A stretch of DNA of 54,771 nucleotides from Parcubacteria group bacterium (GTDB lineage Bacteria > Patescibacteriota > Minisyncoccia > Phycocordibacterales > CSBR16-119). Position 1 is the first letter of the stretch. Every line of letters begins with the position of its first letter. The position numbers and the translations under genes were made by a program. The stretch spans positions 1 to 54,771 of the forward strand of contig CALRFT010000005.1 in assembly GCA_943356745.1 (NCBI GenBank), written 5' to 3'. The notes under the pieces are model-generated. The model had not been told where the DNA came from. It saw only the letters and a program-made list of their open reading frames with translations, and made no database searches. Below are positions 26,283-35,376 of the stretch, piece after piece.

Positions 26283-26307
26283 AAAACCGCCTCATAAAGG
26301 CGGTTTT
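26283..26307. terminator. bidirectional intrinsic terminator
   Basis: AAAACCGCC-TCATAA-AGGCGGTTTT. Confidence 0.75.
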
Positions 26308-26726
26308 CCCATAAGGGTGATTTTCTTTTCAACAACAATTTGGAAATATACTGAATCAAAAGATAGATCAGATGAAAAATATTTTGAAACATCAAAAGTA
26401 TTAATAATAGTATCGTCAGATACTCTATTAAGATAATTTGTTTGAAAATAATCATCCATGATTTTTTGGTTTGCATCTTTTAAAGAAATTTCAAATTCAC
26501 TACGCTTCCAAGGATTGTACCATTTTGAATATTTAATATTTCCGACAATGGTCAATTTGTACATAATTGGTTTGTCCTGTACATCAAAATAAGATTTTGT
26601 ATCTTCAACTTTTACAGGTTTTGGACTAAATGGTGTAGTTTGAAAAAAAACTACACAAAATATTATAAGTAACACAACTAACGCCACGGTGACTGGGACT
26701 ATTTTCTGAACTATTTTTTGAATCAT
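26292..26726 (-). CDS. membrane-anchored hypothetical protein
   Basis: 144-aa ORF with an N-terminal TM helix. Confidence 0.6.
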   Translation of the reverse strand: MIQKIVQKIVPVTVALVVLLIIFCVVFFQTTPFSPKPVKVEDTKSYFDVQDKPIMYKLTIVGNIKYSKWYNPWKRSEFEISLKDANQKIMDDYFQTNYLNRVSDDTIINTFDVSKYFSSDLSFDSVYFQIVVEKKITLMGKPPL

Positions 26727-26791
26727 GATTATTAAGTTTTTGGTTTAGTACTTTTGTTCAGAAGACACTTTAGCAGAAATACGCGTAAATA

Positions 26792-26816
26792 AAAAGACCC
26801 ACTTTGTGGGTCTTTT
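26792..26816 (-). terminator. intrinsic terminator of rplU
   Basis: AAAAGACCCAC-TTT-GTGGGTCTTTT. Confidence 0.8.
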
Positions 26817-26819
26817 TAT

Positions 26820-27146
26820 TTACGCAATCTTTGTGATTTTTACTTTCACAAAATCTTGTCGGTGTCCTCGTCGAATGAAAGTTCGACTCTTTGACTTGTA
26901 TCGTACAGCGAGAACTTTCTTTTCTCGTCCGATTTCTAGAATTTCAGCAGATACCTTTGCTCCAGCAACAGTTGGTTTTCCAAGAGTTGTTGATGATCCG
27001 TTGTCCTTCAATAGTACTTCGTCAAAAGTGAGAGAATCTCCTACCTTTGCGCCACTTGAAAGTTTAGCGATTTTAATCACAGAACCTTCAGATACTTTAT
27101 ATTGTTTTCCACCAGTTTTTATAACTGCAAATTCACTGTTTGACAT
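26820..27146 (-). CDS. rplU: 50S ribosomal protein L21
   Basis: MSNSEFAVIKTGGKQYKVSEGSVIKI is the bL21 signature. ATG at 27146, with an alternative GTG at 27155. Confidence 0.9.
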   Translation of the reverse strand: MSNSEFAVIKTGGKQYKVSEGSVIKIAKLSSGAKVGDSLTFDEVLLKDNGSSTTLGKPTVAGAKVSAEILEIGREKKVLAVRYKSKSRTFIRRGHRQDFVKVKITKIA

Positions 27147-27234
27147 AACAGACACTATTCTACCTATTTTTTTAAATAATGCAAGCTCAAAAAAAGCCTA
27201 GAATTTTCCTTATTTTACGGTACAATAAACCCAT

Positions 27235-28581
27235 ATGCTGAAAATCTATAATACCCTCACAAAACAAATAGAGGAATTTAAACCTATCAAACCAGGCCAT
27301 GTTGGAATGTATTCTTGTGGACCAACAGTATACAACCTCCCTCACATTGGAAACTACAGAGCCTTTTTATTCAATGACATCCTGAAAAGAAGTCTTAGCT
27401 TTTTAGGGTACAAAGTAAATCATATTATGAACATTACTGACGTGGATGACAAAACAATCCGCGACTCACAAAAAGAAGGGAAAACTCTCAAAGAATTTAC
27501 AGAATTTTACACAAAAGAATTTAACCGAGAATTGGAACTTCTTCACATTCTTCCACCAACACAAGAAGTTCTTGCAACAGACCACATCCAAGAAATGATT
27601 GATATGATCGAACTTCTCAAGGCAAAAGGTTTTGCATACGAAGGAGAAGATGGCTCAACATATTTTTCTATTTCAAAGTTTAAAGAATACGGAGCATTGT
27701 CTGGAGTCGACCTTGAAAAAAGTAATCAAACCTTGAGTCGGATTGTTTCAGATGAATACGACAAAGACAATCCTCAAGATTTTGCACTTTGGAAAACTTG
27801 GACAAGTGAAGATGGAGAAAATTACTGGGACGGAAGTCTTGGGCGTGGACGACCAGGTTGGCATATTGAGTGTTCGGCAATGTCGACAAAATATCTCGGA
27901 AATCATTTTGATATTCACACAGGTGGAATCGACCTCACTTTCCCCCACCACGAAAACGAAATCGCACAATCTGTATGTGCTCACGGAGAACCATTTGTAA
28001 ACTTCTGGCTTCACAATGAACACATTTTGATTAATGGAGAAAAAATGTCGAAGTCAAAAGGAAATCAATTTACTCTTTTTGATATTATTCAAAAAGGATA
28101 TGACCCGCTTGATCTTCGCTATTTTGTTCTCGGTGCTCATTACCGAACAAAAATAAATCTCACTTGGGAATCACTCGACGCTGCTCGAAACGCAAGAATC
28201 AAACTCACTCGTTTTGTGCAAGACACTGAACAAACAGGAGAAGTTATTGAGAAGTATGTCGAGAATTTTAAAGAAGCACTTGAACATGATCTCAACACCT
28301 CAGAAGCTCTCGCAGTAATTTGGGAAATGATAAAAGATAGCACTTTTTCAAAAGAAGACAAAAAAGAAACACTTCTTGTGCTTGATTCAGTACTTGGTTT
28401 TGGTTTTTCAAAGATATCAAAAATATCTCTTCCAGAAGAAATCAAAAACTTGATTCAAAAACGAGACGAAGCAAGAGTTCAAAAAGACTTTGGAACAAGT
28501 GACGAAATCCGCGCAAAACTCGAAAGTCTTGGTTATGATGTTCTCGATACCCAAGAAGGAACAAAGGTGTATAAAAATTAA
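27235..28581 (+). CDS. cysS: cysteinyl-tRNA synthetase
   Basis: MYSCGPTVYNLPHIGNYR (HIGH), GWHIECS, KMSKSKGN. Confidence 0.95.
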   Translation: MLKIYNTLTKQIEEFKPIKPGHVGMYSCGPTVYNLPHIGNYRAFLFNDILKRSLSFLGYKVNHIMNITDVDDKTIRDSQKEGKTLKEFTEFYTKEFNRELELLHILPPTQEVLATDHIQEMIDMIELLKAKGFAYEGEDGSTYFSISKFKEYGALSGVDLEKSNQTLSRIVSDEYDKDNPQDFALWKTWTSEDGENYWDGSLGRGRPGWHIECSAMSTKYLGNHFDIHTGGIDLTFPHHENEIAQSVCAHGEPFVNFWLHNEHILINGEKMSKSKGNQFTLFDIIQKGYDPLDLRYFVLGAHYRTKINLTWESLDAARNARIKLTRFVQDTEQTGEVIEKYVENFKEALEHDLNTSEALAVIWEMIKDSTFSKEDKKETLLVLDSVLGFGFSKISKISLPEEIKNLIQKRDEARVQKDFGTSDEIRAKLESLGYDVLDTQEGTKVYKN

Positions 28582-28582
28582 A

Positions 28583-28611
28583 TTGCGTAATATAGGCCGA
28601 CGTGCTATGAT
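28583..28611 (+). promoter_or_regulatory. sigma70-type promoter of csp with ~80-nt 5' UTR
   Basis: TTGCGT-17-TATGAT. Confidence 0.6.
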
Positions 28612-28697
28612 GTGAATGTCAAAACACTTGTGGCTTGTGGAGTCTAAATCTAGAGGTTTGAGTTGTTTTGAGTTATAAGGTTAATTGTAAAACAACA

Positions 28698-28898
28698 ATG
28701 GCACAAGGTGTAATCAAACGTCTAAACGACAAAGGATTCGGTTTCATCTCTGTTGAAGGAGAAGCAAAAGATTATTTCTTCCACGCTTCAGAACTTCAAG
28801 ATGTTGCTTTCAACGATCTTCGAGAAGGAGATGCGGTTGAATTCACAGCAGCAAACGGAGAAAAAGGACCACAAGCTCAACAAGTTTCTCGAGCATAA
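28698..28898 (+). CDS. cspA: cold-shock protein (CspA family)
   Basis: MAQGVIKRLNDKGFGFISVEG...YFFHAS contains the RNP1 and RNP2 motifs. Confidence 0.9.
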   Translation: MAQGVIKRLNDKGFGFISVEGEAKDYFFHASELQDVAFNDLREGDAVEFTAANGEKGPQAQQVSRA

Positions 28899-28907
28899 TC
28901 CTACAAG

Positions 28908-28940
28908 AAAAAACGAACGAAAGTTCGTTTTTTCTTTTTT
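28908..28940 (+). terminator. intrinsic terminator
   Basis: AAAAACGAAC-GAAA-GTTCGTTTTT followed by a T-run. Confidence 0.8.
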
Positions 28941-28969
28941 TTATGATAGAATCCTAAAAAACGTACAGT

Positions 28970-29122
28970 ATGCTAAAACTACTGACCATGATTGGAATCT
29001 TCTTGTATCTTGTATCCGCCTGGTACATCAAGAAATTCCTCCTGATCTACAGGGAAAAAGAACTCATCCATCAAAAGTATGTACCTAAAAAACGCATACG
29101 AAAAATCACCCGAAGAGGGTGA
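28970..29122 (+). CDS. possible 50-aa membrane peptide
   Basis: MLKLLTMIGIFLYLVSAWYIKKFLLIYREKELIHQKYVPKKRIRKITRRG. Ends inside the bidirectional terminator. Confidence 0.3.
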   Translation: MLKLLTMIGIFLYLVSAWYIKKFLLIYREKELIHQKYVPKKRIRKITRRG

Positions 29123-29129
29123 TTTTTTA
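29101..29129. terminator. bidirectional intrinsic terminator
   Basis: AAAAATCACCC-GAAGA-GGGTGATTTTTT. Confidence 0.8.
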
Positions 29130-30005
29130 TAATCCTTTTTCTTGAAGTTCTTCGATGAGTTTCTTTTGTTCCTTTGAAAGTGAATCTGGAATGAGAACTT
29201 TTACCTGAAGCAAAATATCTCCTTTTTGAAATGCATTCACTCGCACTCCTTCACCTTTTACTCGTAGCAGTGTTCCCGTGTTGATTCCTTTTGGAATCTT
29301 CACTGTCACATTCCCATCGAGAGTTTCGATTTCGTATTTCGCTCCGAGGATTGCATCTGTGAGTTTGACTTCAAGTGTTCGTACCAAATGGTACCCTTCT
29401 TTTCGATACACTGGATGTTCTGGAACAGAAATGATGAGATACAAATCTCCTGTTTGTCCTCCAGAAACAGCTTCTCCATATCCAGAAAGTTTCATCTTTT
29501 GACCGTGCTCGATTCCTCCAGGAATATCAATCTCAACTTCTTTCTTCCCTGCCATTGCACTTTCACTTGGAATCTTGATTTTCTTTTTTGTTCCAAAGAT
29601 TGATTCTTTGAATGTGAGAGAAAGGCCTAGTTGAATGTTTCTTCCACGACGAACTCTTTGTCCCCCAAAACCGCCTCCAAAAAATCCTTCGAAGATGTCG
29701 TTCAAATCAAACTCCATGTTTTGACCGTTTTGGAATCCAGAAAAATCAAAACCTCCAAAGCCTTGCTGGCCACCAAAACCGCCTCCACCCATGTTTGGTC
29801 CTGCAGATCCAAAACGATCGTAAGAGGCCCGTTTTTGGTCATCAGAGAGCACTTGATAGGCTTCGTTTACTTCCTTGAACTTTGCTTCATCCCCACCCTG
29901 CTTGTCTGGGTGGTACTGATGCGCAAGCTTTCGAAAAGCTTTCTTTATTTCATCCTTGGTGGCAGTCTTGCTCACTCCAAGTGTTTGATAATAGTCTTTT
30001 GACAT
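29127..30005 (-). CDS. dnaJ: J-domain co-chaperone (DnaJ/CbpA type) without the Cys-rich zinc-finger domain
   Basis: DYYQTLGV...YHPDK J domain, G/F-rich linker and C-terminal beta domains. No CxxCxGxG repeats. Confidence 0.88.
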   Translation of the reverse strand: MSKDYYQTLGVSKTATKDEIKKAFRKLAHQYHPDKQGGDEAKFKEVNEAYQVLSDDQKRASYDRFGSAGPNMGGGGFGGQQGFGGFDFSGFQNGQNMEFDLNDIFEGFFGGGFGGQRVRRGRNIQLGLSLTFKESIFGTKKKIKIPSESAMAGKKEVEIDIPGGIEHGQKMKLSGYGEAVSGGQTGDLYLIISVPEHPVYRKEGYHLVRTLEVKLTDAILGAKYEIETLDGNVTVKIPKGINTGTLLRVKGEGVRVNAFQKGDILLQVKVLIPDSLSKEQKKLIEELQEKGL

Positions 30006-30018
30006 GGTTATTCACTAA

Positions 30019-30348
30019 CTAGCTAGCTAGTAAAGTTGCAATTAAAGTTACAGTTGCAGTAACAAGAACATGCAACCAAGATTGGTTATACCATTTTCTT
30101 TTAAAATCTCTTTCTTCTTTTTGTAATTGAAATTGCCTTTCTTTTTCTTTAGATTTAATTTTTGAATCAATTGACTCAGGGGTATCGTCTTCAATAAATA
30201 GGTCTATTGAGTTAAAGTTTCCCATGAATTCAGACCTTGCCTTAGAAAGTTCTAATTTAGATTTTTTATTTTGAAGTAAGACAATTTCCTCTTCAATTTT
30301 TTGTAATTTTTGAGACATATCTTTCTTGACCCTTCGTAGAAAAGCCAT
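30019..30348 (-). CDS. coiled-coil protein with C-terminal TM helix, hypothetical
   Basis: 109-aa ORF between dnaK and dnaJ. Alternative start MSQKL at 30318. Confidence 0.5.
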   Translation of the reverse strand: MAFLRRVKKDMSQKLQKIEEEIVLLQNKKSKLELSKARSEFMGNFNSIDLFIEDDTPESIDSKIKSKEKERQFQLQKEERDFKRKWYNQSWLHVLVTATVTLIATLLAS

Positions 30349-30355
30349 ACAGAGA

Positions 30356-30427
30356 TGCGGAAAATTTTTCGTACAAAAACTTGCGTTTAAGCGAAGCGGT
30401 TAGCAAGTTTTAGAAAAATTTTCCGCA
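30356..30427 (-). promoter_or_regulatory. long imperfect hairpin (~24 bp) in the dnaK-dnaJ intercistronic region
   Basis: TGCGGAAAATTTTTC(GTAC)AAAAACTTGC...GCAAGTTTT(A)GAAAAATTTTCCGCA. No U-run. Ends 8 nt before the 30348 ATG. Confidence 0.45.
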
Positions 30428-30488
30428 ATCTCCGGCTTTTCAAGGGGTCTTGAGTTTTTGCTACTTTTTTATCAAGAAAAAAGTAGGA

Positions 30489-30614
30489 TTATTTCTTTTC
30501 TAGTTTATCAAACAAATTATCAATAATATCCACAACTTCCGTTGCAAAAGAAACAATTCCAACACCTACCCAAGATATCAACCAAAATGGAGCTTTTAAT
30601 ATTGTTCGTATCAT
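30489..30614 (-). CDS. possible 41-aa membrane peptide just after dnaK
   Basis: MIRTILKAPFWLISWVGVGIVSFATEVVDIIDNLFDKLEKK, 15 nt downstream of the dnaK stop. Confidence 0.3.
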   Translation of the reverse strand: MIRTILKAPFWLISWVGVGIVSFATEVVDIIDNLFDKLEKK

Positions 30615-30629
30615 AATATTTAGACCAAA

Positions 30630-32537
30630 TTACTTCTTATCCTCATCCACAACCTCCGCATCTTGCACTCCATCATCAGCCTTTGGAGTTTCTGCTCCTG
30701 CTGTTCCCTTTTCTTGTTCAGCCTTTTGCATTATCTCATAAATCTTTGACATCTCAGTATTGAGTTCATCTGTCGCTGATTTGATTGGTCCATGATCAAG
30801 ACTTTCTGCATGAGCTGGGATCTCTTTCACTTCTTTAAGCTTTGCAACTTTTTCTTCAATCACCTTTTTTGTATCTTCTGGGATTTTTTCCGCATGATCC
30901 TTCAAAGCTTTTTCTGCCGCAAAGAGAGTTTGTTCTGCTGTGTTTTTAATATCCACAAACTCTTTCTTTTTCTTGTCAGTTTCTGCATTCATCTCTGCAT
31001 CTTTTTTCATTCGTTCAATATCATCTTTTGAAAGTCCTGAAGACGCTTCGATTCGGATTGATTGTTCTTTTCCACTTGTCTTATCTTTTGCTTTTACAGA
31101 AAGGATTCCGTTTGCATCCAAGTCAAATGTTACTTCAATTTGAGGAACTCCTCGTGGCGCTGGCGGGATTCCATCCAAAACAAATCGTCCAAGAGATTTG
31201 TTGTCAGCTGCCATTGGTCGTTCTCCTTGAGTAATATGAATCTCTACAGAAGGTTGGTTGTCAGCTGCTGTTGAGAATACTTGTGACTGTTGTGCTGGGA
31301 TTGTTGTGTTTTTCTCAATAAGTTTTGTTGCAACACCTCCAAGTGTTTCGATTCCAAGTGAAAGCGGAGTTACATCAAGAAGAAGAACATCTTTCACATC
31401 TCCTTGAAGCACACCTCCTTGAATTGCTGCTCCCGCTGCAACTACTTCGTCTGGGTTGATAGATTTGTTTGGTTCTTTTCCAAAGAATGCCTTCACTGCT
31501 TCTCCAATCGCTGGCATTCGTGTTTGTCCTCCCACAAGAATAATTTCATTGATATCAGATTTTGAAAATCCAGAATCACCAAGTACCTGTTCTGTGATTT
31601 TGATTGATCGTTCAATGTATTCTTGTACCAAAGATTCAAGCTTTGCCTTTGTCATTGTGAGTACAAGGTGCTTCGGTCCTTCTGCTCCAGATGTAATGAA
31701 TGGAATATTGATTTCTGCTTGATTTGCAGATGAAAGTTCATGCTTTGCTTTTTCTGCAGCTTCTTTGAGTCGTTGAATAGCAAGTGGGTCTTTTGAAATA
31801 TCCACTCCTTGATCTTTTTTGAATTCTTCAAGAATCCACGCGATGATTCTTTGGTCGAAATCTTCTCCTCCCAAGTGTGAATCTCCACCTGTTGATTTCA
31901 CTTCGATAGTATCATCTGAAACTTCAAGAACGGTCACGTCAAATGTTCCTCCTCCGAAGTCGTACACTACAACTTTTTCATCTTTGTTTTTGTTGAATCC
32001 GTATGCAAGCGCGGCTGCTGTTGGTTCGTTGATGATTCGTTTTACATCAAGTCCTGCGATTGCTCCTGCGTCTTTTGTTGCCTTTCGTTGCGCATCGTCA
32101 AAATACGCTGGTACTGTAATTACCGCTTCTGTAATTTTTTCACCGAGTTTTTCTTCCACGTCAGCTTTGATCTTTGAAAGAATCATCGCAGATACAGCTT
32201 CTGGAGAAAACCATTCTTCTCCCATTTTTACTTCCACTCCACCGGTTGAAGATTCTCGGATTTCGTATGGGATCAAATCTTTATCTTTTTTCACTTGATC
32301 ATCAGAAAATCGGTGACCCATGAATCGTTTGATTCCATGAACAGTATTTTTTGGATTTGTTACAGCTTGGCGTTTTGCCAAAAGTCCCACAATCCGTGAC
32401 AAATCTTTTCCAACAGCCACCACTGATGGTGTTGTTCTATTCCCCTCTTTGTTTTCTATGATTTTTGGTTGCCCTCCCTCAACAATCGCAACTGCTGAGT
32501 TTGTTGTTCCTAAATCGATTCCAATTATTTTTGACAT
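30630..32537 (-). CDS. dnaK: molecular chaperone DnaK (Hsp70)
   Basis: [18 protein letters not shown] and the full-length Hsp70 pattern. Confidence 0.97.
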   Translation of the reverse strand: MSKIIGIDLGTTNSAVAIVEGGQPKIIENKEGNRTTPSVVAVGKDLSRIVGLLAKRQAVTNPKNTVHGIKRFMGHRFSDDQVKKDKDLIPYEIRESSTGGVEVKMGEEWFSPEAVSAMILSKIKADVEEKLGEKITEAVITVPAYFDDAQRKATKDAGAIAGLDVKRIINEPTAAALAYGFNKNKDEKVVVYDFGGGTFDVTVLEVSDDTIEVKSTGGDSHLGGEDFDQRIIAWILEEFKKDQGVDISKDPLAIQRLKEAAEKAKHELSSANQAEINIPFITSGAEGPKHLVLTMTKAKLESLVQEYIERSIKITEQVLGDSGFSKSDINEIILVGGQTRMPAIGEAVKAFFGKEPNKSINPDEVVAAGAAIQGGVLQGDVKDVLLLDVTPLSLGIETLGGVATKLIEKNTTIPAQQSQVFSTAADNQPSVEIHITQGERPMAADNKSLGRFVLDGIPPAPRGVPQIEVTFDLDANGILSVKAKDKTSGKEQSIRIEASSGLSKDDIERMKKDAEMNAETDKKKKEFVDIKNTAEQTLFAAEKALKDHAEKIPEDTKKVIEEKVAKLKEVKEIPAHAESLDHGPIKSATDELNTEMSKIYEIMQKAEQEKGTAGAETPKADDGVQDAEVVDEDKK

Positions 32538-32597
32538 ATTGTTTTATATTTGACTAAGTTAATAAATTATGATTAAATTTTTAAAAATTTAATAAAA

Positions 32598-32840
32598 ATG
32601 AAGTATCATCACAAACTAATAGTTTTCGGCATTATAATGCTGATACTTAGTACATTCTTTTTTATCTATATTCTAAAATTAGATATAGAACTTATTGATT
32701 TAACAGAGATATTCCCCGGACAAAAAGTCAGTGTTGCAGGAAAAGAATATTTTCTATTCATGACATCAGTCTGCTTTTCAGTATTTGGAGTTCTCCCAAT
32801 CCTTCTTGGACTATTGGGAAGAGAAAACAGTAAAAGTTAA
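32598..32840 (+). CDS. small two-TM membrane protein, hypothetical
   Basis: 80-aa ORF with two hydrophobic helices. Confidence 0.5.
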   Translation: MKYHHKLIVFGIIMLILSTFFFIYILKLDIELIDLTEIFPGQKVSVAGKEYFLFMTSVCFSVFGVLPILLGLLGRENSKS

Positions 32841-32926
32841 AAAATTTGAAAGCCTAGTACGTTCAGACCTGAACCGAACGGCTTTTTTATTTTCCAAATA
32901 AAAATCCTTCCTTTCTTTTTTCATCT

Positions 32927-33484
32927 TTATTCTTTCTTCTTATAAGTTTTCACTTTCACCGGACGAATAACAGTATCTTTCATCTTGTAACCCTTTTGCA
33001 TCACTACTGAGATTTTTTCATTCAAACTTTCATCTTCTGTTTCAACCGTCTCGAGCGCTTGATGCATATTTGGATCAAAAGAATCTCCTTCCTTTGTTTC
33101 AATTTCAGTCACTCCATATTTTTCGAGAGTTGTTTGAAATTGTTTCAAAATATATTCGATTCCCATTCGCCAGTTTTGATCAACCTTTTCCCAGACCTCT
33201 TTGTTATTCATAGCCATCGAAAAGCTGTCGAGTACCGGAAGTAAATCTTCCACAATATCACTCACAACATAACTTCGAAGATTTTGAATTTGCTCCGCGT
33301 GAGTTTTTTGGAGGTTTGCATAGTCAGCGCGAGCACGCTGCCAACCTTCCATGTTTTCTTTGTTTTTTTCTTCAGTTTCCCGAAGTTTTTGCCGGAGCTT
33401 TTTGACAACATCCAAAGAGGTTTCCTCGTCGTTTTCTAGTTCAACATCAAATTCTTCATTTGTTTGATTATTTTCTTCACTCAT
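32927..33484 (-). CDS. grpE: nucleotide exchange factor GrpE
   Basis: ...RARADYANLQK...LLPVLDSF... and the C-terminal beta domain VMQKGYKMKDTVIRPVKV. Confidence 0.92.
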   Translation of the reverse strand: MSEENNQTNEEFDVELENDEETSLDVVKKLRQKLRETEEKNKENMEGWQRARADYANLQKTHAEQIQNLRSYVVSDIVEDLLPVLDSFSMAMNNKEVWEKVDQNWRMGIEYILKQFQTTLEKYGVTEIETKEGDSFDPNMHQALETVETEDESLNEKISVVMQKGYKMKDTVIRPVKVKTYKKKE

Positions 33485-33520
33485 GGATATATTTAAAAAC
33501 TTACTTGTAATACACCTCTC

Positions 33521-33548
33521 ATTATATTCATCCTGATTTTTTTGACAA
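33521..33548 (-). promoter_or_regulatory. sigma70-type promoter of grpE-dnaK operon
   Basis: TTGTCA-16-TATAAT on the minus strand. Confidence 0.6.
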
Positions 33549-33551
33549 GTA

Positions 33552-33567
33552 TTTTACGTACGTAAAA
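33552..33567. promoter_or_regulatory. perfect 16-bp palindrome, candidate operator
   Basis: TTTTACGTACGTAAAA lies 3 nt upstream of the grpE -35 and inside the divergent promoter of the PaaX-like gene. Confidence 0.5.
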
Positions 33568-33599
33568 ATATTGTAAAATGTGGATAACCATGATATAGT

Positions 33600-34160
33600 A
33601 TGGCCATGAACAACAAAAAGACTAATATTCAAGAAAAGATATTAAGCTTTCTCCACGGTAAAAAGGCGGTAAATAAGGAAATGCTTCACGAAGAGCTCGA
33701 AAACGATTTTGGGGCTGATTTTGAGGCTTCCACAAAGCCTAAATATGCTATAAACCGAAGCCTCAAGACTCTTTCTGAGTCTGGCTTTGTGGAAGAGATA
33801 GAAACCCCAAATTCTTCTTTTGTGCGAATCACTCCAGAAGGTCGTCACAAGCTCCGAAACCTCAAACTCTCTTCCCCAACCTCTTTGGTTTCGACAAGTT
33901 GGGATGGGTACTGGCGAATGGTTATGCTCGATCTTCCGGAGTCACGAAAAAGTGAACGAAACTCCCTTCGATACATTTTGAAAAAAGCTGGCTTTGTGAT
34001 GCTCAAAAATTCTGTCTGGGTTTCTCCCTATCCGCTTGAACATCTTTTTATGAATATTAAAAAAGATATGGGACTCGCCACAGAAATCACAATTCTCGTA
34101 ACACAGCTGATTGATCCAGAAACTGAGCAAGAGCTTGTTAAGTTGTTTGGATTGAAATAA
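33600..34160 (+). CDS. PaaX-family-like transcriptional regulator (wHTH + WDGxWR...PE module)
   Basis: N-terminal winged-helix-like segment, then WDGYWRMVMLDLPESRKSERNSLRYILKKAGFVMLKNSVWVSPYP. Confidence 0.65.
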   Translation: MAMNNKKTNIQEKILSFLHGKKAVNKEMLHEELENDFGADFEASTKPKYAINRSLKTLSESGFVEEIETPNSSFVRITPEGRHKLRNLKLSSPTSLVSTSWDGYWRMVMLDLPESRKSERNSLRYILKKAGFVMLKNSVWVSPYPLEHLFMNIKKDMGLATEITILVTQLIDPETEQELVKLFGLK

Positions 34161-34189
34161 AAAAGCCGTCGCGAAGCGACGGCTTTTTG
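34159..34189. terminator. bidirectional intrinsic terminator
   Basis: AAAAAAGCCGTCGC-GAA-GCGACGGCTTTTT. Confidence 0.8.
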
Positions 34190-34192
34190 TTT

Positions 34193-34540
34193 TTAGAGAT
34201 TGTTTTTTAATTCTTTCCACTTACAGACAGATGACCAGTCAATTTTCTCAGGTAAAGTTTTCCCTTTTTTGTAAAAATACAGATTGATTAGTTTATTCAT
34301 TGAAAAACTAACAATAATAATGAGGAATGGTATATGAGATCCATCCTCAACATGTGGGTAAATCACTTCTGATTTTTCTACAGAGTTCAAGATCTCGTAA
34401 TCTCTTGAAGGCATTGGTGTACCTTGGAAAAAAGCAAACCAGACAGCAGTAAGTACAGCAAGGATCCTGAAAAAATTTCTAGTAGAATTTTTTCTGGAAT
34501 TACGGTATTTTGCAACACGGCGAAGTTGTTTGTATTTCAT
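34193..34540 (-). CDS. membrane protein, hypothetical
   Basis: 115-aa ORF with a basic N-terminus and two hydrophobic segments. Confidence 0.5.
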   Translation of the reverse strand: MKYKQLRRVAKYRNSRKNSTRNFFRILAVLTAVWFAFFQGTPMPSRDYEILNSVEKSEVIYPHVEDGSHIPFLIIIVSFSMNKLINLYFYKKGKTLPEKIDWSSVCKWKELKNNL

Positions 34541-34573
34541 AGGGCGAACGGTATTGGTTTGAAATGATTATAA

Positions 34574-34612
34574 GACAAAACAAAAAACCCCGCAAGGGGT
34601 TTTTGTTTTGTC
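34574..34612 (-). terminator. long-stem intrinsic terminator of rpsI
   Basis: GACAAAACAAAAAACCCC-GCAA-GGGGTTTTTGTTTTGTC. Confidence 0.8.
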
Positions 34613-35023
34613 TTATCGTTTTGACCACTGCTTTCGCTTTCGAGCTTTTCCAGCCATACCAGCCTTTCGTCGCTCTTTTGATCGAGGATCTCGCTTGAGG
34701 TATCCAAGCTTCTTGAGATCTCCTTTCACTTCTTGATTAAGTTCAACAAGTGCTCGTGAGATTCCGTGTCGAACAGCTGCTGCTTGTCCGGCAAATCCTC
34801 CACCAGTTACAACTGCTGTAACAGTGAATTTGTCTTCGATTTTTCCTTTTGCGAATACATCAGTGATAACCTTTTGAAGTTCTACTGTTTTAAAGTAGTC
34901 TGCAAGTGGCTTATCATTTACTGAGTAAGTCATTTTACTTGAAGGAGTGATTCGAACCCGTGCTGTTGCAGTCTTTCGTCGTCCAACAGCTTCAATATAT
35001 TTGTTTTCTTTAGTCGTTGCCAT
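34613..35023 (-). CDS. rpsI: 30S ribosomal protein S9
   Basis: GRRKTATARV... and C-terminal ...KRKQWSKR. Confidence 0.95.
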   Translation of the reverse strand: MATTKENKYIEAVGRRKTATARVRITPSSKMTYSVNDKPLADYFKTVELQKVITDVFAKGKIEDKFTVTAVVTGGGFAGQAAAVRHGISRALVELNQEVKGDLKKLGYLKRDPRSKERRKAGMAGKARKRKQWSKR

Positions 35024-35027
35024 ATAT

Positions 35028-35375
35028 TTATTCTGAGATGATTAGGTTCTTCATAATCTGCTTTCTGAGTTTATTCCCAGGGAGCATTCCATACACAGCA
35101 TTTCGAAGCACTTCTGCATATCCTTTCTTCTCAATCATTCGTGGCATTGAAACCATTTTGAGACCTCCTGGATATCCTGAAAACTTTGCATACTTCTTTT
35201 CGTCCATCTTCTTTTCGTCGATAGCCATTTTTGAAGCATTTGAAACAATCACCTTGTGAGGAGCCACAACGTTTGGAGCATATGATGGGTCATTTTTTCC
35301 CATCAGAATAACTGCGATTTCACTCGCAAGTCGTCCTAGTTTTTTGTTTGTAGCGTCAAATGTAAATTCTTTCAT
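35028..35375 (-). CDS. rplM: 50S ribosomal protein L13 (short)
   Basis: MKEFTFDATNKKLGRLASEIAVILMGK. ATG at 35375 abuts the rplQ stop. Confidence 0.88.
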   Translation of the reverse strand: MKEFTFDATNKKLGRLASEIAVILMGKNDPSYAPNVVAPHKVIVSNASKMAIDEKKMDEKKYAKFSGYPGGLKMVSMPRMIEKKGYAEVLRNAVYGMLPGNKLRKQIMKNLIISE

Positions 35376-35376
35376 A

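Noticed and set aside
33579-33587. Perfect DnaA-box consensus (TGTGGATAA, the reverse complement of TTATCCACA) in the grpE/regulator intergenic region.
   Set aside because: It is a single isolated box with no cluster, no adjacent AT-rich unwinding element and no dnaA/dnaN nearby. It is not an origin.
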